Shown one piece after another: positions 17,654 through 25,956 of a stretch of 32,340 nt of DNA. The notes under the pieces were generated by a model, which saw nothing but the letters and a program-made list of their open reading frames with translations, searched no databases and was not told the origin of the DNA. The position numbers and the translations under genes are program-made. Origin of the DNA: a virus (taxonomy: Duplodnaviria; Heunggongvirae; Uroviricota; Caudoviricetes); IMG/VR virus record IMGVR_UViG_2711768060_000010; one strand, written 5' to 3'. The first letter of the stretch is position 1. Each line of letters opens with the position of its first letter.

Positions 17654-17789
17654 AGGTAATACCGGGGCGGATGTTGCCGCCCCTGCTATTGAATATCAGA
17701 ATTTATATTCTGTTTGCGCAGCGCGTCACAATGCGCTGATTGATGAAATTGAATTAAGAGAGAAATCAGAAAATGGAAAACCAGATTAA
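17484..17789 (+). CDS. o-spanin (Rz1-like outer-membrane lipoprotein), overlapping the i-spanin gene in the +1 frame
   Basis: Signal peptide ending in lipobox LSGC, Pro-rich mature region; starts inside the i-spanin gene in a different frame and extends past it. Confidence 0.5.
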   Translation: MADRRKSGLKLLSQFLLMCACLMSLSGCLTPPSKTPNVSYQENLKRKCPTENLPRIKGNTGADVAAPAIEYQNLYSVCAARHNALIDEIELREKSENGKPD

Positions 17790-18033
17790 ATTAACCGTGG
17801 GCGGCGTGGATATTACTTTTGAGCCGAACCAGACCGCTTATAACAAATTCATTAACGAAATGGCGATGGATAATAAAGTTGCCCCGGCGCATAACTATCT
17901 GACGCGCATTGTGGCGGCGGAAACAAAAGACGCACTGGCGGAAATTCTAAAACGTCCGGGCGCTGCGCTTCAGCTTGCGGGAAAGGTAAATGAGATTTAT
18001 GCGCCTGAACTGGAAATTGAAGTAAAAAACTAA
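17773..18033 (+). CDS. Tail assembly chaperone (G/E-like), upstream part of a frameshifted pair
   Basis: 86-aa ORF immediately upstream of the tape measure gene; ends at a slippery heptamer followed by a stop. Confidence 0.6.
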   Translation: MENQIKLTVGGVDITFEPNQTAYNKFINEMAMDNKVAPAHNYLTRIVAAETKDALAEILKRPGAALQLAGKVNEIYAPELEIEVKN

Positions 18034-18224
18034 CAAAGCGAGTCCGGGCAATTGAAAACAACGGACTCGACCAGTATTTAATTTTACGCCGCCACTATTT
18101 ACCCCACGGGGATGATTCAGTTGATGATATTGCAGCTGCAATATGGCTGGACAATCGCCACTGGGATAATACGCGCATTGCTATTGCAAACGGAATAAAC
18201 ACTGCTTTTAAAGGCGCTGAATGA
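18024..18224 (+). other. Programmed -1 ribosomal frameshift site (A_AAA_AAC, 18024-18030) and -1-frame extension of the tail chaperone (GT/E'-like product)
   Basis: Hand translation: zero frame reads GTA AAA AAC TAA; after a -1 slip the frame is open for 64 codons (LTKRVRAIENNGLDQYLILRRHYLPHGDDSVDDIAAAIWLDNRHWDNTRIAIANGINTAFKGAE) and stops at TGA 18222-18224, overlapping the tape-measure ATG 18221-18223. Confidence 0.6.
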
Positions 18225-20287
18225 AACAGTTAGATTTTACATTAAGCCTGATCGATAAATTGTCACGCCCGTTAAAACAGGCGCAGGGCAGCGTGACCGG
18301 CTTTGCGGAAAAATCAAACGCAGCGTTTAAGCAGATTGGCGGCGGGGCGCTGGCGCTGGTCGGAACGGGGATGGCCATTAAAAGCGCTTTGTCTCCGGCC
18401 ATTGAGATGTATGACGCGCTGAACGATGCGGCCGCAAAAGGCATCGACAACACTGCGCTTAAGACGGTGCAGCGCGATGCGCTGACGTTCAGCATGACCT
18501 ACGGTGCCAGCGCACTGGATTTTGTTAAGTCCACTGAGGAGATTAACACCGCCATTGCCGGGCTGACCGGAACGGAACTGCCGAAAGTGACCAAAACCGC
18601 CAATACCCTGGCGTTTGCCCTCAAAGCCACCTCCGCGGATACGGCGGAGTTTATGGGGCAAATGTTCGGCAACTTCTCGTCAGATGCTGAGCGGCTGGGC
18701 AAAGTCCAGTTTGCGGAACAGCTGGCGGGCAAGATGGTTTTCATGCGCAAAACCTTTGGCACCGAAATGGCCACTATTAAAGACCTGATGGAAGGCGCGC
18801 GCGGCGTGGGTACAAATTACGGCGTAGGGCTTGATGAACAGCTGACCGTGCTGGGGCAACTGAACCGCACGCTGGGTTCTGAAGCCAGTAGTGCCTATGA
18901 AGGCTTTATGACCGGGGCGATTGAAGGCGGCAAAAAGCTGGGGCTGTCCTTCACGGACTCCACCGGGAAAATGCTGTCCATGCCTGAAATGCTGATCAAG
19001 CTGCAGGGCAAATATGGCAAGAGCCTGGAAGGGAACCTGAAAGCACAGGCGGAGCTGGATGAAGCCTTTGGTGACAGTTCGGCAGTGGTTAAGCATCTTT
19101 ATGGCAACGTGGCGCTGCTGCAGAGAAACATCACCGAACTGGGCGGCGCTGACGGGCTGAAGCGTACACAGGAAATGGCCAGCAAGATGGTGAAGCCGTG
19201 GGATCGGTTCGTGGCTATTCTGACGGCGATTAAAACCGTGATTGGGCTGACGCTGATCCCGGTACTGTATCCGGTGCTGAATCGCCTGGCGGATATGGGG
19301 CAGACGTTTGCACGCTGGATGCAGCTGTTTCCCAATATCGCGCGTGTGGTGGGTTATGCAGCGATGGCACTGCTTAGCTTTGCCGCCGTGGGTGCAGTGG
19401 TCAACATCCTGATGGGTGTTTCTGCTTTCGTTATGGGTGGCCTGCGCGGGATCTGGGTGGCGCTGGCCTCAGTGACGCGCATTTACACCGCCACTATCTG
19501 GCTGGCACAGAAAGCCGTTGTTGTCTGGAATATCACCCTGGGTGCGTTGCGAGGCATCCTGCTGGCGGTGCGTATGTCGGCAATTATGGCCGGGGTGGGC
19601 ATCAATCTTATGAGCCTGCCGATTCTGCTGGTTATCGGGGCGATTGCTGCGCTGGCCGCTGGTTGTTACCTGCTGATCCGTAACTGGGAAGCGATTAAAA
19701 CCGCTGTCATGAATACGGAAGCCTTTGCAGCAGCTGCAGCAGTGGTTAAGTGGCTGGCGGGTATTTTTGCCAGCGCCTGGCAATACATCAGCGATGGATG
19801 GAATGCCTTTACTGCATTGCTGGCCGGGTTCTCTCCTGCGCAGGCGCTTAGGGGAATGGCCACGGGCATCATGACGATGTTTGATAACGTCTGGCAGACC
19901 ATCAAAGACAGTTTCCTTAAATCATGGAACTGGATTGTAGAGAAGCTAAATAAAATACCGGGCGTGAATATAGGGCTGGCAGAAACTTCAGCGCAAGCAG
20001 CTGCGGTTCCGGTGCCTGAATTAAAACAGGTTGCTAAAGCAGAGGGGGCAGCATCATCCCTGCCACAAAATATTAACGCCAGTAATCCGCAGCCGCTTCT
20101 GACTTCAAATACTCTTTCCACAGGTGGTGAGTTAAAGGGCATTGAAAAGGGCGGTCTTTCAAAAACAATTAACAGCAATTCTAAATCTGTTGTTGATAAC
20201 AGTAAAAAAATTGAAAACGTTAATATTTATCCAAAAGAAATGTTAACGCCTGGCCAGTTAATGGAGTATCAGGAGTTGGGCGCATGA
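18221..20287 (+). CDS. Tail tape measure protein
   Basis: 688-aa ORF, Ala/Gly-rich with a central hydrophobic block; follows the chaperone/frameshift pair, the canonical position for a tape measure gene. Confidence 0.85.
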   Translation: MKQLDFTLSLIDKLSRPLKQAQGSVTGFAEKSNAAFKQIGGGALALVGTGMAIKSALSPAIEMYDALNDAAAKGIDNTALKTVQRDALTFSMTYGASALDFVKSTEEINTAIAGLTGTELPKVTKTANTLAFALKATSADTAEFMGQMFGNFSSDAERLGKVQFAEQLAGKMVFMRKTFGTEMATIKDLMEGARGVGTNYGVGLDEQLTVLGQLNRTLGSEASSAYEGFMTGAIEGGKKLGLSFTDSTGKMLSMPEMLIKLQGKYGKSLEGNLKAQAELDEAFGDSSAVVKHLYGNVALLQRNITELGGADGLKRTQEMASKMVKPWDRFVAILTAIKTVIGLTLIPVLYPVLNRLADMGQTFARWMQLFPNIARVVGYAAMALLSFAAVGAVVNILMGVSAFVMGGLRGIWVALASVTRIYTATIWLAQKAVVVWNITLGALRGILLAVRMSAIMAGVGINLMSLPILLVIGAIAALAAGCYLLIRNWEAIKTAVMNTEAFAAAAAVVKWLAGIFASAWQYISDGWNAFTALLAGFSPAQALRGMATGIMTMFDNVWQTIKDSFLKSWNWIVEKLNKIPGVNIGLAETSAQAAAVPVPELKQVAKAEGAASSLPQNINASNPQPLLTSNTLSTGGELKGIEKGGLSKTINSNSKSVVDNSKKIENVNIYPKEMLTPGQLMEYQELGA

Positions 20288-20613
20288 GTGAAATTCTGTA
20301 TATCGACTTATTTATCCAAAATGGTGACTTTGTTCTTAATACAGGTAATGAACCTGAATTATGCAACAACCGTAAAAGTATCGGGCAGGATATTATTCAT
20401 TCCATCATTGAAAGCGGTCTGGCCACACAGTTAATTGGTGAGCGCAGTCCAACGTTAAGGGCTGATATTTTCACCCGCCTGGAATTACTGATTGAAGATG
20501 ATGAACGCATTGTGCCGGGAACCGTGGAAATCAGCGAGGAAAGCCAGAAGCGTTTATGGATTACAGCCAGCACATATGATTTTGGCGGAATATCTGCCCA
20601 GGTGGATTTATGA
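20284..20613 (+). CDS. Putative baseplate wedge protein (gp25/W-like)
   Basis: 109-aa ORF between tape measure and the J-like gene; assignment by size and position. Confidence 0.4.
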   Translation: MSEILYIDLFIQNGDFVLNTGNEPELCNNRKSIGQDIIHSIIESGLATQLIGERSPTLRADIFTRLELLIEDDERIVPGTVEISEESQKRLWITASTYDFGGISAQVDL

Positions 20614-21794
20614 CGGAAAAGCCAGACGTAGATTTTGAGGCCGTAGTAAAGGCCAGCGGCATGCCCGTAACTGAAGCAGAAGTGCGGGAGCGCTTCAACG
20701 CGATAGTAAGCGATGAAGGCATTATCACCAACACTTCCAGAATGTCGCCTTTCTGGCGGTTAATCACGGCGATTGTTACCGCGCCAGTGATGTGGCTGAA
20801 GGATGCTCTGGTGTCCACGGTGCTGGCCAATATGTTTGTGGCCACTGCCAGCGGAAATATGCTGCGCCTTCTGGCGTGGGCGGTAAACATCACGCCTAAA
20901 CCTGCCAGCGCTGCCGAGGGGGTGATCCGCTTCTTCAAGGAGGATGCAAAAGCCGTGGTGACGGTGAAGGCCGGGACAATCGTACAGACGGAGCGGATTA
21001 ACGGAACGGTGTACGAGCTGGCCACCACACAGGATGTGGTGATCGCCTCCGGCGCGGCCAGCGCACTTCTTCCGGTTAAGGCCAGGGGTACAGGCAGTGC
21101 CTTCAACCTTGCGCCAGGGTATTACCGCATTCTGCCTGTTGCTGTCAGCGGTATCAGCCATGTGGCCAGCGAAGAGGACTGGCTGATCACTCCGGGCGCG
21201 GATGAGGAAAGTGATGATGAACTGCGTGAACGCTCCCGGAATCAGTTCAACCTGGTCGGCAACTATCACACCGATGCGGTTTACCGTTCGATGATCGCAA
21301 GCGTTGCCGGGTTGAGTATCGAACGGATTTTCTTTGAGCACGAAGCCCCCCGTGGGCCAGGTACGGCCAACGCTTATCTGCTTCTGGATAGTGGGGTTGC
21401 CTCCGCGCCGTTCGTGGATGCCGTGAACAATTACATCAATACGCAAGGCCATCACGGACATGGCGATGATATGCAGTGTTATCCCATGCCGGAAACGCTT
21501 CACGATTTGAGTGTGACCGTATACGTCAACAATCTGAGCAATTTGAGCGAAGACGAGACGAAAGCCCTGCGGGAAGGCGTGGAAAACCTGATCCGCTGCG
21601 CCTTCCGGGAAAATGCTGATTTTGACGTGCGCAAGACCTGGCCATATTCGCGGTTTTCGTTCTCCCAGCTGGGGCGCGAAATCCATAAAAATTTTGCACT
21701 GGCTGAATCTCTGGCTTTTTCGCTGGCGGATATCTCCAGTGAACTGAGCGTGCCGCGCCTGAAGTCCCTGGTGGTGAGAATCGAAAATGAATGA
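20610..21794 (+). CDS. Baseplate assembly protein J-like
   Basis: 394-aa ORF, translationally coupled to neighbours, followed by I-like and tail fibre genes as in P2 (J-I-H-G). Confidence 0.7.
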   Translation: MTEKPDVDFEAVVKASGMPVTEAEVRERFNAIVSDEGIITNTSRMSPFWRLITAIVTAPVMWLKDALVSTVLANMFVATASGNMLRLLAWAVNITPKPASAAEGVIRFFKEDAKAVVTVKAGTIVQTERINGTVYELATTQDVVIASGAASALLPVKARGTGSAFNLAPGYYRILPVAVSGISHVASEEDWLITPGADEESDDELRERSRNQFNLVGNYHTDAVYRSMIASVAGLSIERIFFEHEAPRGPGTANAYLLLDSGVASAPFVDAVNNYINTQGHHGHGDDMQCYPMPETLHDLSVTVYVNNLSNLSEDETKALREGVENLIRCAFRENADFDVRKTWPYSRFSFSQLGREIHKNFALAESLAFSLADISSELSVPRLKSLVVRIENE

Positions 21795-22374
21795 ATTTAT
21801 GAAAAAACTGGCCGGGCTGGCGCTTCCCTCCTGGATGCGTAAAGGCGAGCCGGAAAAGTTACTTAAAGCCGCGCAGCGCTTCTGGGCTGAGGTTTACGGG
21901 TGGATTACCTGGCCAATGAATCAGTTTGATCCGCTGACGTGCACGCCCGCATTGCTGAACCTGCTTGCCTATGACCGGGACATTACCCGCTTTGACGGGG
22001 AGCCGCTGAGCCTGTTCCGTAAGCGCGTGGCCTACGCCTTTATCAATGCCCGTGATGCTGGTTCGGTTGAGGGCTTTATCAACATATTTGATCGCCTGGG
22101 CATTGGCTATGTGGAACTACTTGAGCGCCAGCCGGGGATTGACTGGGATGTAATTCTGGTGCGCGTCACTGACAGCCAGATAGCCGATAACACGCAGCTG
22201 CTGATCCAGATTATCCGGCAATACGGGCGAACATGCCGCCGCTATCAGTTTGAAGTCATTACATCAGAAAAGCTGGCCATCAGGGCTGGCTGGGATCAGG
22301 GGGAATACGTTGTGTATCCGGCAACGCTGGCAGGAACGGAAACCCAGAGCGCCACGTTTAGCGCGAGTTTATAA
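21787..22374 (+). CDS. Tail protein I-like (baseplate)
   Basis: 195-aa ORF between the J-like gene and the tail fibre gene. Confidence 0.6.
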   Translation: MNEFMKKLAGLALPSWMRKGEPEKLLKAAQRFWAEVYGWITWPMNQFDPLTCTPALLNLLAYDRDITRFDGEPLSLFRKRVAYAFINARDAGSVEGFINIFDRLGIGYVELLERQPGIDWDVILVRVTDSQIADNTQLLIQIIRQYGRTCRRYQFEVITSEKLAIRAGWDQGEYVVYPATLAGTETQSATFSASL

Positions 22375-22383
22375 GGAGTCTTT

Positions 22384-24270
22384 ATGTCACAGACAGCTAT
22401 TACCCTGGCGTTTGAGCGATGGAAAGCGCAGCAGGGCGCGACGGGTGAGCCGGTATTACTTGATGAATTTGTTTTTGCCAACGTTCCGGGGCTGAATCCA
22501 GATACCCCCATTGACCGTAACGAGGTGTTACCGCCTGCGGCGCAAATTGTTCACCGTCAGCCCGTCACCCGCAGCGGCGTGGTGAATGAAAACAGCGTGG
22601 TGTTTTCTGCCGTTCTTGGCGCGGATGTGGGGGATTTTGTTTTCAACTGGATCGGGTTGCTGAACAAAGCCAGCGGTACGCTGGCCATGATTGTTCATGC
22701 ACCGGAACAGCAGAAGCTGAAAACCGCAGAAGGGCAGCAGGGTAACGTTTTAACCCGCTCTTTCCTGATGGAGTACAACGGCGCTCAGACAGAAACCGCG
22801 ATCACGACTCCGGCAGAAACCTGGCAGATTGACTTCACTGCGCGTATGACTGGAATGGATGAACGCCAGCGCGTGGAAAATCTGGACATTTTTGGTTCTG
22901 CGGCTTTTTTTGGTGACGGGTATCTGGTCGCTAAATCGGGTAGTCAGTTCTTTGTGACCAAAGGCACCGGATATGTGGGCGGGTTGCGTGCGTCGCTTGA
23001 GGCAAACCAGAATATTGCCGTTGCGGCGAAGCCAGTAAAGGTCTGGCTGGACGTTTGCTGGACAGGTTCACTAACCAGCGTATGGGGCGTGCAGACCAAA
23101 ATCACGCTGGCCACAGACCTGGCTAATTATCTGCAAAACGGGGTTCAACATTACGTATTTGCACTGGCCAGCATTGACGCAAACGGGAACATAACAGACC
23201 TGCGCCCGAAAGGGACGCTTAACGAGCAGGCCGCCAGTGACGCGCTGAAAAAACACGAACAGTCACGCAATCACCCGGATGCGACAACTGGCGCTAAAGG
23301 ATTTGTTCAGCTGAGTAGCGCAACTGACAGCACCAGTGAGGCGCTGGCGGCAACGCCAAAAGCGCTAAAAATCGCGATGGATAACGCCAATGCCCGACTG
23401 GCGAAAGACCGAAATGGCGCGGATATCCCGAACCCGGCTTTGTTCATCCAGAATATCGGATTGCAGCAAACGGTTGATCTGGCGAAAGGGGCAGTACCTT
23501 CCACGCGAAGGGTTAATGGAAAGGCGCTGTCAGGAGATATAGAGATTTTTCCCTCTGATATTTACGCCGGATCGGTAGCCCTGGGCGCTGGGGTGGATTT
23601 AAACGCAATTACCACACCGGGCCTCTACTATCAGCCGCAAAACGTGAACGCGCAAGGCGGGAAGAACTACCCCGAAGTAAACGCCGGATCGCTTGAAGTC
23701 CTTAAACATGCGGGTGTCACGCAGATTTACCGGATTTATAACAACTCAAAATGTTACTGGCGGGCGCTCTATGGCAACAACTGGTCAGCCTGGGCGAAAG
23801 TGTACGATAACAATTTCCGCCCGACTGCGGCGGAAGTTGGAGCACTCCCCAGTAGCGGGACGGCGGTTGCCGCCGTGAAACTGGCGACACCCCGCTTAAT
23901 TAACGGCATCGCCTTTGATGGGACGCAGAATATTGGTATCAGTGCGACGGCGGTCGGGGCTTACTCAAAAGCCGAAAGCGATGCCAAATACGGCGCAAAA
24001 AACACAATCGGTAAAGCGGCTAACGGATGGTTTAAAGATACGACCACAGGATTGATTATTCAGTGGGGATTTACCAACCAGACAGGCGGTTATCAAAATA
24101 TTACGTTCCCTATCGCATTCCCAAATGCGTGTCGAAATATTCAGGTTACGCCCTATACCGCCAACGTGGCCGGAACGCTCGAATGTTCGGTATCGCAATA
24201 TTCCAATACGACAGCAAGGCTTAACGCAAACCAGAACTATCCGTTGTTCTGGCAGGCAACAGGATATTAA
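22384..24270 (+). CDS. Tail fibre protein (gpH-like, receptor binding)
   Basis: 628-aa ORF directly upstream of a tail fibre assembly chaperone; AGGAG RBS. Confidence 0.75.
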   Translation: MSQTAITLAFERWKAQQGATGEPVLLDEFVFANVPGLNPDTPIDRNEVLPPAAQIVHRQPVTRSGVVNENSVVFSAVLGADVGDFVFNWIGLLNKASGTLAMIVHAPEQQKLKTAEGQQGNVLTRSFLMEYNGAQTETAITTPAETWQIDFTARMTGMDERQRVENLDIFGSAAFFGDGYLVAKSGSQFFVTKGTGYVGGLRASLEANQNIAVAAKPVKVWLDVCWTGSLTSVWGVQTKITLATDLANYLQNGVQHYVFALASIDANGNITDLRPKGTLNEQAASDALKKHEQSRNHPDATTGAKGFVQLSSATDSTSEALAATPKALKIAMDNANARLAKDRNGADIPNPALFIQNIGLQQTVDLAKGAVPSTRRVNGKALSGDIEIFPSDIYAGSVALGAGVDLNAITTPGLYYQPQNVNAQGGKNYPEVNAGSLEVLKHAGVTQIYRIYNNSKCYWRALYGNNWSAWAKVYDNNFRPTAAEVGALPSSGTAVAAVKLATPRLINGIAFDGTQNIGISATAVGAYSKAESDAKYGAKNTIGKAANGWFKDTTTGLIIQWGFTNQTGGYQNITFPIAFPNACRNIQVTPYTANVAGTLECSVSQYSNTTARLNANQNYPLFWQATGY

Positions 24271-24272
24271 AA

Positions 24273-24710
24273 ATGGACGAGCAATATTATTACAGTCCCT
24301 CGCGAAACGGTTTTTTCTTCGTTTCGCTGAAGTCTGACTATGAAGAATCAGAACGTGGCTGGCCTTCAGATGCCGTGGAGATATCGGAGCGCTGGTATCA
24401 ATACCTGATTGGCGGAAGTTCAACGCGAGTTATTACGGCAAATAAATACGGCCAGCCAGTGCTGGCTGATCCTCCTCAGGCCACGGAAGAGGAGTTAATT
24501 GCGCAGGCTGAAAACCAGAAAGCAGCGTTGATGCTTTCGGCAAGCAACGCTATTGCACCCCTGCAGGATGCGGTGGATCTGGGCGAAGCGACGGAAGATG
24601 AGCAAAAACGGCTGCTGAGCTGGAGAAAATACCGCGTGCTGCTGAGCCGTATTAATCCAGAAGATGCGCCAGAAATTGCGTGGCCGGAGGAGGTTGAAGA
24701 TGTGGCGTGA
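24273..24710 (+). CDS. Tail fibre assembly protein (Tfa/gpG family)
   Basis: C-terminal region AENQKAALMLSASNAIAPLQDAVDLGEATEDEQKRLLSWRKYRVLLSRINPEDAPEIAWPE closely parallels lambda Tfa ([58 protein letters not shown]) from memory. Confidence 0.85.
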   Translation: MDEQYYYSPSRNGFFFVSLKSDYEESERGWPSDAVEISERWYQYLIGGSSTRVITANKYGQPVLADPPQATEEELIAQAENQKAALMLSASNAIAPLQDAVDLGEATEDEQKRLLSWRKYRVLLSRINPEDAPEIAWPEEVEDVA

Positions 24711-25425
24711 AGCGCAGCTGGCGTTTACTGATTCATTGTCTGCCCTGAACTGTTCCATCGTTCCCGCGCATCCGTGGGTTTATGGGCTGGGACAGCAGAC
24801 TGATAACGGCGCGTATCTCAGCCCGGTTAACGCCGTACGCTACCTGGCTGAAAAAATGGCCGGGATGGGGGGTAAAGCTGATGTGGTGATCATGATGGTG
24901 ACTGGCCAGACGCATGAAACCTTTATGAAAAGTCTGGGCGATCTGGTTGATGTATTTCCGGCACCTGCTTTTACGCAGGTTAAGCGCCTGGCGCAGTCTG
25001 CTGCAGAACTGGCCATTGAACGAATGCAGATCCCTGCCAAAGTTTCTGCCGGGTTGCCCGCTTCCGTTCCGTTATCCGTACCGACGAGCAGAACGGCACT
25101 GGCAGCGGCGGCAATCAGCCAGGCGCAGAAGGCGGCAGGGGAAACGGTTGATATCAGTAGCCTTAAACAAAAGCTGGGTGAGTTTACGCAGCTGCGCGAA
25201 CAGCTGTTAGGTGAGGTGGCCAGCGGGCTGAGTGACCTGAAGGGTAAAAGCGCCCGCGCCTGGTTTTTCACTGCCAGTGATGATATCGGCACTACGTTAC
25301 TGGAGCTGGTAAAGGGAATACCGCAGCAGTCCGCCGTGTATACCGCAGCCATGATGCTGGTTGGTGATAATCTTGATGGTATTAAAGGAATGATACATGA
25401 CCTCGATCCCGACGCTGGCGCTTAA
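24700..25425 (+). CDS. Putative tail/baseplate structural protein (function unassigned)
   Basis: ATG 24700 with AGGAGG RBS, overlapping the Tfa stop; phage-like GC and tight packing with flanking structural genes. Confidence 0.35.
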   Translation: MWREAQLAFTDSLSALNCSIVPAHPWVYGLGQQTDNGAYLSPVNAVRYLAEKMAGMGGKADVVIMMVTGQTHETFMKSLGDLVDVFPAPAFTQVKRLAQSAAELAIERMQIPAKVSAGLPASVPLSVPTSRTALAAAAISQAQKAAGETVDISSLKQKLGEFTQLREQLLGEVASGLSDLKGKSARAWFFTASDDIGTTLLELVKGIPQQSAVYTAAMMLVGDNLDGIKGMIHDLDPDAGA

Positions 25426-25954
25426 CGGCGAAGCCATCCCCCTGAAAAATATGCGCGTGACACCCACGATGCAGTTTCAGGATAAAGACCAGTCTGGCCA
25501 GACAAGTTCCACCGCGAAATCAGAGCAGGGTATAAAGGGCAAAGAGCTGCGAATTTCCGGGGAGGTAGCGTTTAAAAACCCGGAAATCCTGCGCCGTATC
25601 TTTGAGCTGGCCAGCGCTACTGATGCCAGTGGCCAGCGCCAGAAATACCGGGTTGCGCATGATGTCGCGAGGGCGATCAATTTTCGTGAGGCAACTTTTA
25701 CCGGAACGCTGGACGCGCCGCAGCAGGATGGCCGCATGTCCTGGCTGGTCACGTTCACCCTGGCCGAGCACATCAGCGTACAGGAAAAACGAGAGGCCAG
25801 GGCAAGCGGGAAAACGGCCGCAACGAAACAGACTGCCGGTAATGGAACCGCAGGCGGAGCCGGGCAGGGTGGCCAGACAGCTGGCGAAGATAGTGAAAAA
25901 ATGACGTGGTTTGAAAGCAAGGTGCTCAAACCCGTGAATGATGCGCTGGGATAA
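25397..25954 (+). CDS. Putative tail structural protein (function unassigned)
   Basis: 185-aa ORF overlapping the previous gene end; Gly/Ala/Thr-rich C-terminal tail. Confidence 0.35.
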   Translation: MTSIPTLALNGEAIPLKNMRVTPTMQFQDKDQSGQTSSTAKSEQGIKGKELRISGEVAFKNPEILRRIFELASATDASGQRQKYRVAHDVARAINFREATFTGTLDAPQQDGRMSWLVTFTLAEHISVQEKREARASGKTAATKQTAGNGTAGGAGQGGQTAGEDSEKMTWFESKVLKPVNDALG

Positions 25955-25956
25955 GC

